DNA of 64,000 bases from Neophaeotheca triangularis (lineage: Eukaryota). The stretch is taken from positions 1 through 64,000 of the forward strand of contig BAAIJX010000063.1 in NCBI GenBank assembly GCA_054600435.1, given 5' to 3'. Positions 46,956 to 58,600 of this stretch are shown piece by piece. The notes below the pieces were generated by a model. That model searched no databases. It was not told the DNA's origin and saw only the letters and a list, made by a program, of their open reading frames with translations. The position numbers and the translations under genes are program-made. Numbering within the stretch: position 1 is the first letter of the stretch; the number at the start of each line of letters is the position of its first letter.

Positions 46956-48057
46956 GATTGCGGCGGTGGTGTTCTGTAGATCGTCTTTTGATGTTTGCGA
47001 TTGGTCGATTCGTTGATTGTGAAATGCGAAGAAAGAATCACTGTGAATAAGTATTGAGTTGGTTGATGAGTTGGTCGAAGCAACAAGAATGCGCAGTATC
47101 CTTGTAGTTACAAATCCATCCAGATCCCATAGTGGACCTATGATGTAGTGTATACCTATGACGATTTGGGTCCCTCCCGTCCATCTGATCGATTCAGGGT
47201 CTTTTGAAAGTGGAGTATCCCGACAGAGTGGAGTTGACAGAAAGTGTACTATATCCCCGCCCTTCGGTACTTCGCGGTAGGAAGACGATGAACACTGAAG
47301 TGAACAAAGCAATAAAAGTCGTAGTTAAGATACTAACGAAGCTAGCAGTAAAGCCGAGAGATAATAGAAGTAAATGCAGCAGTGAGTATGGTAGTCAATG
47401 CGGCACTAAAGGCGAAGTGGATGGAGACCCAAGTTGTAAAGAGTGAAGATAAACTGAGTTACAGTTATAAGACTACTACTGCACTACCTCCAGGGGTCGC
47501 CTTTCGATGTCTTGATCACCACTCCTCATCTCTCTGGGCATGCTCTTGCGCCTATGCGGCAGACAGCGCTATCGCAAACTTGTAAGGCCGTCCTCTTCGT
47601 CCATCCTCCTCGTCATCTTAGTGACCGCTGAATCGCAGGCTCCTCATAATAGTGTTTTGCATTTTTTTCCGGCTAACAGCAAAATGTACGTATTAGTAAT
47701 GTTCAAAATAAACTAAATGGCAGAATTGGCAGATGCTTCGCAGAGCAGAGATGGCATACTCTTTTTTCTTTCCTGTGCCGGCTTCGACAATTCTTTCGCT
47801 TGATGCGCGTTTCGTCGCGCACCTGCCCGCTGCATTTGCTCGAAAGCATACAGGTGGATAAGGGGCAGCAATTTCGGTGACGCTCGGCAGTCTTGGAAGT
47901 TAGGTTAGTAGGTGAACAGAGTATCCAAAAAGGCCGCGCCAAGCTTACGAACCTCGCTTGGGCTTCGTTCTCGGGAACGTCTCGTGGGTATCTCATAGGG
48001 CATGGTAATCGTTCAAGTCATATCCGGTTGATGTCGACAGATCGAGTGTGGAGAAGC

Positions 48058-49077
48058 TCAACCCAAGATCTTCAACTTCTTCGGCTTCTTGCCCTTGGCA
48101 TCGACCTTCTTCTTCATGATGCCGTCGGCGTTGACCTTCTTGAAGAACTCCTTTGCCTTCTTATCCTCCTCCGCCTTCTTCTCTTTCGCCGTCAACTGCT
48201 TCGGCGGCTCCTTCTTGGGCTTCTTATCCTTGACGGTCTGAGGGCGAATGTCCGTCTTGGAGCGCTGAATCGTAATCGGGTGGCTGCCAATGTACTTTCC
48301 GACCATCTCACGAGCGGCGCGGAAGCCAGTCTCGCCATCGTGGAAAGATACGAAACCGTAGCCCTTGCTCTTGGTGGTGGTCTTGTCGCGGATGACGCGG
48401 GCCTTGCTGACACCGTAGGCCGAGAACGCTTTGGCGAGAGAGTCGTCTGTCACCTCTCCGGCAAGGTTGCCGACAAAGATGCGAAATTGGGTAGGGTCCC
48501 ACTCCAGCAAGGTGTTGTCGTTCCACTCCTGACCGCCAGCCTTGCGATGGACTGTCTTCTTTGGCCCGGTTTGCTCAGGGCCAGCCGGTTGTGCGGCGTA
48601 TGAGGTGGCCGCAGGTGGAGACGAGGCGTTGCCGTGGCCAGGGAGCGGAGTAAGGTTGGCATTTTCCTGGGACGCCGCACCGTTCTTCGCGCCATAGCCT
48701 TTTTTGCCGTTCTTAATCGTATCTACCTCTTGTGGGGCGGCGTACTGAGCCTGCCACTGCGCGTACTGGGCCGCCTCGTCTGTGTTGTTGTTTTGGTAGG
48801 CGGAAGTAGCAGGCGCAGCCGGTGGGGCAGAGTATGGGTTGTACGGCGCGGTTGAAGTTGAGCTCTGGTAGCCTGGGTACTGCTGGCTCCACTGCTGGGC
48901 GTTTTGCTGAGGGTATTGAGGTTGTCCGTACCACTGCTGGGCCGTGTTCTGACCGTATTGCGCGCCATATGCCTGCTGTCCATACTGGCCGTATTGCGCG
49001 TATTGGCCACCGTGCTGGCCGCTTGCCTGCGGATATCCATTGTATTGCGCGCCTGAGCCGTACTGGTTGTAAGCCAT
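48058..49077 (-). CDS. RBM42-like RRM splicing protein with a Q/Y/N-rich N-terminus, ~339 aa
   Basis: RKAGGQEWNDNTLLEWDPTQFRIFVGNLAGEVTDDSLAKAF...RDKTTTKSKGYGFVSF...REMVGKYIGSHPITI. Confidence 0.88.
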   Translation of the reverse strand: MAYNQYGSGAQYNGYPQASGQHGGQYAQYGQYGQQAYGAQYGQNTAQQWYGQPQYPQQNAQQWSQQYPGYQSSTSTAPYNPYSAPPAAPATSAYQNNNTDEAAQYAQWQAQYAAPQEVDTIKNGKKGYGAKNGAASQENANLTPLPGHGNASSPPAATSYAAQPAGPEQTGPKKTVHRKAGGQEWNDNTLLEWDPTQFRIFVGNLAGEVTDDSLAKAFSAYGVSKARVIRDKTTTKSKGYGFVSFHDGETGFRAAREMVGKYIGSHPITIQRSKTDIRPQTVKDKKPKKEPPKQLTAKEKKAEEDKKAKEFFKKVNADGIMKKKVDAKGKKPKKLKILG

Positions 49078-49437
49078 GCCGGCTGTTATGCTAGCGCTTG
49101 ACGTACCCTGTAGACAAGAGGTGGAATCGCACGATTGCGTTGGGAAGAGTGAAGATGTGTGACAATCACGAGGAGGATGGGCGGTAGTGAGCGTGGAGGG
49201 GAATGTCAAGTCACGAAAGTTGTAGAAGGGGCCCGAGCGAGCATCTATGCCAAGAATATACTAGCGCGAAAAGTTCTTGAGTCAAGAGCAGGTCTGCCGA
49301 AGACGCTTCGACGTCATCGTCCAACGCGATTCGACGCGACTTCGATCCAACGACATGCCTTCCTAATCCGTCTTTATCTTCCCTCTCTCTCCATCTGCTG
49401 AGCAACCCAATATCCACGACAGACAGCCGAATTAAAA

Positions 49438-50198
49438 ATGCCTCTAAAAGGCTCTCGCAAGCGAGCGGCGGAGACTGAAACATACGAAAGCGACAACGGC
49501 TTCATCGAAGACGCCCCCAAATCCAAAAAGTCAAAGCAATCAGCCGGCAATGCTGTAAAAGACAAAGATGGCAAAACCAAGATCAGCACTGAGATGCAAA
49601 AAGACGACGACGGCAGCGTATACTGGGAGGTAAGCCAGCCCCCGACGACTTGAAACGCAATGTTCATGGCCCAGCAAACGGCTTTCCAATTGCTTCCCAG
49701 TCAGACGGACAGCGTCCTTGAGTAAAAAGGGCCATTGCTTCATCTATGAACGAGTGAGCTTAGCTGATTTCTGGCCTCCTCAAGGTGTCCAAAACCCGCC
49801 GCATTCAAATCTCCGACTTCAAAGGCCAGACAATGGTAGGCATCCGAGAATTCTACGAAAAGGACGGCAAATCGCTCCCGGGAAAGAAGGGAATTTCACT
49901 GCCCGTAGACCAATTCGCCGCGATGCTGGACGTCCTCCCTGAGATTGAGAGCGTGCTTAAGAGCAAAGGGGTCGAGATTCCGAGGCCGAAGTATGACGGC
50001 GTCGCGGCACCTGTGGAGGAGGCTAGTGGGGAGGCTGATAGGGAGAAGGAAGAAGTTGTAGACGAAAACGAGGAGAGGGAGGAGGAGGCGAAGAAGGAGG
50101 AAGAGGTTGACGTGGACGAGAAGCCTGCGGCGGGGAGGCTTGACAAGTTTCGGATGAAGAAGAATCATGAGGCTACTAGTGATGAGGACGAGGGGTAG
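49438..50198 (+). CDS. SUB1: Transcriptional coactivator PC4/Sub1, ~201 aa; exons 49438-49629, 49785-50198
   Basis: YWE|VSKTRRIQISDFKGQTMVGIREFYEKDGKSLPGKKGISL..DQF across intron 49630-49784. Confidence 0.92.
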
Positions 50199-51470
50199 AT
50201 GGGACAGCGTGAAATGCCAGGAATGCTATTTGCTGGTTCGGATTGGCTGAAGAGGCGCAGCAAGCCCTTGTCCGACTTCTAATGGGAACCACCATGTTTT
50301 TGCTTGTATGATACCCACGGTATTCAAGGCGTACGGAGAAAGTGGCGGATGAGCTTAGCTAGACTCGTGTGAGCTCAAGACTGCTAGCATACCGTCTGGA
50401 AAAGGTCATCTTTCGGGAGACTCGGACGATAGCGACCACATACTCTCATCTTCCCAAATTATTTTGAGAGCGTAAGTCGCCCGTGGTGCTGATTGGCCGG
50501 ACTTGGAAGACGCTAGCTTAAGGCTGTTAAGTCAAAGATTGCTAACTTTCTCTTTTCGCCAGCATCTGGAGCACTACAGCACCACTGGCATCAGGGATAC
50601 GTGGACCATCCGGTAAGTCAAGAGCGCTTCAGACATTTCCATACCTTGGGCCTCTTATCTTGATGCTCACCGATACGTACAGCTACGAACACACGACGAT
50701 TGTCGCAGTACGCCAAACTTGGCTTTCAGACACGTCCGCTGGGAAGGGATAGCATGTAAACTTGCTTCTATGATCGCGAATGGCGTGAAAGGAAACGAGT
50801 TCCGATGCCCGAGACGAGAGAGCATCCCGGCAAGGGACATGCTTACTGTTCTCGCCTGCGTGGGCGACACATGCGGTTGGGCTGCCATGTTGGCATAAAG
50901 GGCAGCAATAGTGGTTCCTGGAGGATCAACGTAGTTCGACCAGGCATAGGGGAATAGGCCAGCTCGATATGCGGAGGTGAGTCGCTGTCCTGGAGCGGTG
51001 GTGGGCTTCAATCGTTTGGGGCAGCGGGTTTGTGTCAATTCCCTACTGTGTACTCACCGCAAGTAGGTCCTCCCTACACTTGATGATAGTTTCAGGTACA
51101 CTTCCTCCTTATCTAGGTATTCACCGCATTCTTACTTTTATGTGGCCTCTTCTAAGGTCCCCGACCAGTCACGTGGCTGGTGACGCCATGTTCTCAGGAG
51201 AAGCCGACCTCGAACGAGGCACCTGCACCTGGGCAGCCGCGGTAAGGTTAACGCTCCCCAACCTCACCTCACTCTCGCCTCACAGAACAAGAAACCTCTG
51301 TGCTTCGCCCTGCGCTGACCCCAGCTACCTTTTTCGTAAGCCAGCGAGTTCCTCTTCACTTTCATACTCTGACCTGACAGCAAGAGGAACCCACGGTCCT
51401 TGTCTACGAGCACTTCCCCACCCTCTCCACCACAGTCTTTACAGCTACAAAATCAACCACCAACACCAAC

Positions 51471-52295
51471 ATGATCTCCCGTACCCTGGTCACCACTACG
51501 AGCCGTGTCATAATGCTTCTCTCCCTCGCAATGCTCGGTCATGCTGTGCTCTCGGCCGCCACGGCATGGGAGAGCGAAGGCCAAAGTCTCGCCCACAGAC
51601 ACTCCAACACTACTAGCACCTTTCTCACCGCGAAGGACTCCTTTACGACCCGTTCTTATCCAGCGCCGTCCACAACAACCACTCCACTCTTGAGCACATC
51701 TACCTACAGCCACTTCATCAACCCGGCCGACACCGCCATCTCTCTCACCACCCCTGTGCCCATCACTGCAGATGCACCCTCTCGGGTCATCGTGATGCAG
51801 AAGAATCGCCCCATCACCACAGTCGAAATCACCATGGATGTCGTTCCCCAGCCAGCATTTACGAACGCTGTCAGGGTCCTTTCGATCATATACGCTTTCG
51901 TCTGCAAAGAGCCAAACTGGGATCCGATCAGCGAGTGCAAGAACTACCAAATGTTCGATCTGGATGGCGAGAGATGCCTCAACCTGAAGGCCATTGGTAA
52001 TTCGACTGTCAAGTCTATGGGCCCGGATCAGGGGTTGACTTGTTGGGCTTATCCGTGAGTGGACAACTGTGAATGTGGTTACCCTTAAATGACAATTTTA
52101 CTGACCTGCTGCAGAGCGGACGTCACCAATTGCAACGGACCGCGTCTCGGGAACAGGACACATGCAGTGGCAGAGTTTGTGTTCCCAGGAGACTCGGACT
52201 TGTACAAGAGCGGCACGGAGACGACTTGGGGCTCTTTCATGTGCACCAGAGATCCTCTGCTGTCAGCGGCCGAGTTCCACTCCGATGCGGATTGA
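51471..52295 (+). CDS. Secreted protein: signal peptide, Thr-rich linker and six-Cys beta/gamma-crystallin-like domain, ~254 aa; exons 51471-52054, 52115-52295
   Basis: Hydrophobic IMLLSLAMLGHAVLSAA. C-terminal FVCKEPNW...C...C.NL...VKSMGPDQGLTCWAYPADVTNCNG...FPGDSDL...WGSFMC. Intron 52055-52114 (GTGAGT...CTGAC...CAG). Confidence 0.75.
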
Positions 52296-52636
52296 GACAT
52301 TGTTGAAAGAGAGCGAGAGAACATTCGGGCCGAAGTTTCAAATACGGAGTCTTCTAAGGGCACTTTAGGAGGGGAATGGGTTATGGCTCATCTGCTCGAC
52401 AACACTGCGAAGCCGCCAGTTTCCCACAATGTAGTCGTGAAGCTAGTTACATGTCTTTCATAGCTTTGCAGAACCGCCCGTAAGGGCTGTCCTACTCCAG
52501 AATACTCTGTCTCCCGGATAAACACAAGCACTACATTTGAACCAGGCAATGCGGAAGCAACGGAAACGGTAGAAAAATCGTCAAAGCTATCCAAAGAAAT
52601 CTATCATAACTAGCGACCATCACCTAATTAAATCCC

Positions 52637-55600
52637 TCAACGTGCCATGCGAGCAGCGACCTTGTCCGCTAGATCCTGAACCGAAGCGCTATTACTGATA
52701 TCAATAACAGATATCGCAATCGAACACTCCCTGACCAACCAATTACGAAGCTCAACCGCAATCAGCGAGTCGAGCCCCAGATCATCCAAAGACACTTCCG
52801 GCTTCACATCCTCGAGCGGCACCATCAAGATCCCCGAGACCTTCTCGGCGATGCCGGCGAAAAGCACGCTTTTAGCAGTCTCACTAGCGAGGTCAACGCC
52901 AGCGAGGGCCTGCTTAAGGCTCGTCCTATTATCATTCTGCGACCCAGAGGCACCCGCATTGGCGAGATTCCTGGCCTCGGTCTCGCGGAACAGCAGGTTG
53001 AGCAGCGCGCCGGAGCCGTTGTACATGTTCGACTTCTCAGACCTCGTGCCCAAGCCGGCGACAACGTGTCCGCTAGTGCCATGGCCGGCGCGCGAGGGCT
53101 CCATGGCAATGGCGGCTTCGAGCACCGACCAGAGCTGCGAAGGTGTGATGGCGGCGGCGTAGATGTCCTCGAGGGTTTTGTTGCCGCCCGCGGCCATGGC
53201 GTCGGCGACGTAGCCGACGTCTTCGATGGCGGGGAGATTCACGGAAGCTGCGTGCAGGCCGAGGCGCCGGCGGTAGTGGCTAAAGGCGTCGATGGACGCG
53301 TTACTGCCGGAGTAGGACGATTGGCCGACGTTGCCGGTGATTGCTACGACGGAGGAGAGGCTTAGGAAGAAGTCTAGGTTGGGGCATGCTTCGTGGAGAT
53401 TCAGAGCGCCCGCCAGCTTGGGGCCGATGACGGCTGACCAGTCTTCGAGTGTGACGTTTTCGAAGAGTGAGTCCTGTATCCTAGTGTTAGTCTAGAACGT
53501 ATTGAATGGAAGAGTAAAGGGAAGATTGAAGGGGATGGATAATCTAGTAAACGTACCTTAAGTACCATCGCTCCGTGAATGATACCGGCCACCGGGGGCA
53601 GCTTCTCCATTTCCATGGTATGAAGTAAGTTCTTCAAGTCGGCTGCCGCGCCTACATCACAAGCCAGTGGCAAGACCCGCGCGTTTCGCTTCGTGGCCCA
53701 ATCGAGCAATTCATTGAGTGGCGAGTCTGGGCTTCTATCACCACCGCTTCTGGATGCAAGAACCACGTGTCTTGCACCTCGTTCTATTAGACGACGTGTG
53801 AGATCTCGGCCGAGCCCTCCAGTCCCGCCAGTGATCAGGTACGAAGCGTCATCTCGTATCTGGGCTTCGACCTTGAGAGGGGCTTCGGCAGTAACGACCG
53901 AAGATGCATCGTTGACGATCACGCTCTTCCCAATCACCTTTCCAGATTGCATTGCCCTGAATGCCGACTGCACTTCAGCCACGGGCGTCTCGTTTACGGA
54001 GGTCGGAGGCGTCAGAACCCTTTGGTTGAACAGCTCAACCACGTCCGCCATCTGTTTGCGGACATAAGCTGGCCGGTGTTCCATCAGGAGCGATAAGTCT
54101 ACAGAAGCATAGGTGATGCTCTTGTCGAAGGGGTTGAGCTCCAGTTGAGCATTCTGCACAAAGTGCTTCTTACCGATGTCGATGAAGCGACCGAAGAAGG
54201 AGAGGCACTTCCAGGTCGATTGGAACATCTCGTCCGAGAGGGAGTTGAGGACAACATCAACTCCTTCGCCCTTGGTTGCGAGGAGCAAAGAGTCTGCGAA
54301 AGTTGTCGAGCGGCTGGAGTAGATGTGATCCTCAGCAATGTGGTATTTCGAAATCAAAAGGGCCTTCTTCGTCAATGTGCCAACGGTGCAAAATATCTCT
54401 GCACCGATCCAGGTCGCCAGCATGATAGCTGCCTGGCCGACACCGCCCGCCGCTGCGTGGATCAGGACCTTTTCGCCCGGTTGCAGACGGGCAACATTGA
54501 CCAAACTCTCGTACGCGGTGCTGTAGATGACAGGAACCGCGGCGGCTTCCGCGAAGCTCAGGTGTGCGGGCGCTTTCACTACCATGTCTGCTTGGCAGCG
54601 AGCGTGACTGGCAAACAGGTTGCTTCCCCAGTGTAGCACTGTGTCGCCCACTTGGAAGCGGGAAGACGCTTCGGGGCCTACTTCTGTGACGACACCGCAG
54701 CATTCTCTACCCAAACCTTGCCAGGGAAGGGATCCAAGAGCAATGAGAACGTCTTTGAAGTTCAACCCAGTCGCCTTAATCTCCATGATGACTTCGTTAG
54801 AGCCCAGCGGCGGGCGCGTGAGCGTCCAGGGCGGAGGTCTGAACTTCATGCCATCCATGCTACCAGTGTGCGTCATGTCTAAGCATAGGGGCTTTCCTTC
54901 GACGAAGAAAGGTCTTTCTTCAGTCTTGACGTGGCCGGCCTTCTGCTGAATCGCGTCATGCATTGGTTGATGGGGCACGAGTCGGGAGAAGTGCAGGATG
55001 CCGTCTTTGACGCGAAATTCATCCTCCGCATCGTGGCCTGTAACGAAACAATGCTGGAAGACCGATGCAATATGAGAGGCGCTCGCCTCGATATCACCGT
55101 CGTCGATTTGGAGAATGACAAATTTCAACCCGGCGTTCTCTCGCCTGAGCGACCTAGCAAAGCCGAAGACAAAATCATAGAGCATTTGTTTCGCATCGTC
55201 AAATGTGTCTCGTTTGACGACCCACAGGACTTCAGTTGCAGATGCCAACAGCTTCTGCAGAGCAGCAAGTTCTCCAGCGTCCGGTGCTGCCAACACTGGT
55301 CGAGAGAGTTCATGGAGGAATATGTAGGGACCCTCGTGAACGTCACAGGTATCCATGGTCTTGCAGACGGCATCCTTGACTCCGTGAGTTCGTGAAAGAT
55401 GGCTAGTCAAAGACTCGTGCATCAATGCTTTCCAGTCGTCCAGCACGGTCACAGTTCGAGGCGATATCAACCTTTCGTCTCGCGTCTTCGACCAGATTAC
55501 AGAATGCAAATGATCACGGTCACCAGGCATATCCCTCACGCTTGCGTCGATGCCGTCGAAACCAGTCTCGGTAAGGAAGTCCTGCCACTCCTCCTCAGGA

Positions 55601-58600
55601 ATGTAGGCGCCATCGTCGTCTCCCCGGTACCACCACCCGGGCAATGTAGCAAAGGGAAGCATCCCGGGCGTCACACGGCTGAGCTCCACCATGGCCAAGT
55701 CTCCGTGCGGCTTTAGCAACGTGCGTACATTAGCCAAGCTGTCTTTGATGCTGGGAGTGGCGTGTATCACATCTGCGGCAATGACGAGATCGTAGTAGCC
55801 TGGTTGAAACCCCTGCTCCAAGGGATCCGCGCAAATGTCCAGTCTGTTGAATTTCATGCGTGCAGCCGTACTTTGGAACTTGGTGCGAGCTGCCTCGAAG
55901 AAGCCAGTGGAAAGGTCCGTATAGTGGTAGCTCTCGAACCTCGATCCGATTCTCTCGAGAACTCTGCTGGTGCAGCCACCGGTACCGGCACCAACCTCGA
56001 GAATTCGAAGCCAAGGGTTGCGGCGGGAGAGGATGTCAACCATCTCAGCAAGTTGGCCGAAGCTCCTCGTGAAGATGGAAGCCTCTGTATAGATATTGAA
56101 CAGCATTCCATCTTCCATGAGTACCTGCAGCGCGTCCGTTTTCTCGCGCATGATTTCACCGAGAGCGTTGCCAGCACGTGACCATAGCGCCAGGTCCGGC
56201 CATCTTCCAGGAAAGGTTTTCTGAAAAGCCTCGCGTTCTTCCAAGCTGCATGACAGCCACTGGGTCCACCGTGGGTCGCTGTTATTGTCTGAAGCTGGGT
56301 TCGTCACTCTCTGTGCCCAGTCGTAAAACTTCCGGAGATGACTTGCTTGTGGCGGCTGGCTGGTTTCGGCGAGAGCGTTTAGCATCGAGTAGAATGAAAA
56401 TCTTTCCACCTCTTGCCTACAGGCCCGCTCTTCTTCTACTCCCCCAACAAGTGCTGCCGCTTTGTGCAAGGACGAAACGAAGCCTGGGTGGGGGATCCAA
56501 TCGACCGTGGAAGGGTTGATGATTTCCACCTCCGAGGCTTCAGTGCCCTTCGCCTCACTCGTCTGAAACATGCGAATGCCGCAGATTTCCAGCATTGGAG
56601 TATCGACGCCTGGGTAGAAGGTGGTTATATTTGCAGAGGACGATGAAGCCGTTGCAGAAGCGTTTTTGCTGTGCACATACACCTCTGTCTCACGGCTAGA
56701 GTCGTAGTTGGCGGGGATCTGAACACTCAACTCTGCTACAAAGGTCGGGACATGCGTGCGGATCTGCTTTGGATCGCCAGTGTTGCCGCTGAGAATGCAA
56801 AGGCCGACGTGCAATGCAGCATCCACCCAAGCCGGATGCACAACGAGTGGACTCTCGAACCCAGCAGGCATCAGTGCAGATGTGTCGATCGTCTTTAGTT
56901 TGCCGTAGGCCTCGGAAGCACCAGTCACCAGTTCTGTAATGCCCTGAAAACTAGGGCCGTATTGGAGCCCATGGAGTGCTGCAGACTCATACAGCTCCTT
57001 TGGTGTTACATTCCTCGAGCAAGCAGCACGTACGCGCTGTTGGAGCTCTCGCATTTGTTGAGATTGCATCTTGGGGCCTTCAGAGTCAACCTCGTTCTCG
57101 GAATCTTCGGTCTGTGTCAATTTGGCCAACCCTTGGCAGTGCTCAACGAAACCACCTCGCTCTGTCCACGACATGACTTCAAAGTTGTACCACTGTGAAG
57201 TGCCCATAGAGCGGGAGTCAGCTCGACTCGGACGAAGAGTGGTGAACATTTCATTGTCTTCTTCATCGGAGACCAAGAAGGCTTTATGAATGACAACTTC
57301 CCGCAGCGAGAAGGATTGAGACGATCGTTTGGACCCGGGCACACTGCAGTGGAGAGCCTCCACTATCGCAGATATGTATCCAGCCATTGGGAAGATAATG
57401 CTGCCGTTGACCTTGTGATCGGCCAGCCAAGGGATGTCGTCAAGCGCAAAGACGTTCCGGAATTGAATCTCATCTCCAAGCGCATTAGAGACACGATGGC
57501 CGAGGATGGGGCCCCATTTCGATCCGCCTTGCGATGCCGCAGTCTGGATTCTAGATTTGTGCTTGTAGCTTTTTTCAAGATCAAATTTGTAGCTAGGAAG
57601 GTCGTGCAGTAGTTCAGTTGCCTTTTTTGCGTCGACCGCATCGATGGAATTGACCTGTACCGGCTGCCCGAAATTGATCAGAGACGCAAAGAGCTCCAAA
57701 ACATCGTCTCGCGCTTTGCTTTTGCGCTGCAAGCTTGATACGTATTGGGGTGGTGGTCCCTTCCTCGTTGGGGAAGCTTGTGCCACAATCTCTCTGACAG
57801 GGCCACGCAGAGCAGAGTGTGGTCCAAGTTCGACAAGGACTGGCGGAACCTGGTCAGTTTCATCGCCGGTTCCGCAACCAAGTAATGACTGCAGCATTTG
57901 GTCAAACTGTACCGGGCAGACAAGATTCATGGCCCAGTAGGTTGGCGAAGCGACCAGACTCGGGGCCACAGTGGAGGCGGTCACGGAAGAGTAAAATGTC
58001 GCTACCGGCTGCGTTTTCCTCGCAGATTCGAAGACGAGAATTAGGTCGTGCATGTATGCGTCCACGACAGAGGACATGTGGTCCGAGTGATAAGCTGTAC
58101 GAACCCGAAGAAGACGCGCGAACACGCCCATTTCGTCCAATTGATCCTTGAGTTCGTAGATTGCAGAGGCGTCGCCGGAAATGGTCAAGCTCTGCGGAGA
58201 GTTGTAACAAGCAATAGTCGCTATACCAGAAGTTAGGCTGTCCAGTAAAGGCCGTATAATCGCAACGTCGGCTCCCACGGCCATCATGGCGCCTGCTGCG
58301 AGCTTGGAAGTCGAAGACTCCAGTCGCGCCGCGGCAAGCCCTCGATAGTATGCAGCGGCCATGGCTGTATGGAAGTCGATGATTTCAGCGGCATATGCGG
58401 CGGCTATTTCACCGCTCGAATGTCCACAGACTTGCATTGGACGAACGCCGCACTTTTCGAGAAGCACCACCAGGGCTAGTTGCAAGGCAGTAGTGGCCGG
58501 CTGACTGATTGCAGCTTCCCCAATCCGAGATTTCTCTTCCGGCTTCGCGATTTCGTCTTTGTCACTTTGTCAGCTCGCCATCGGTAATCTATGCGTTCGA

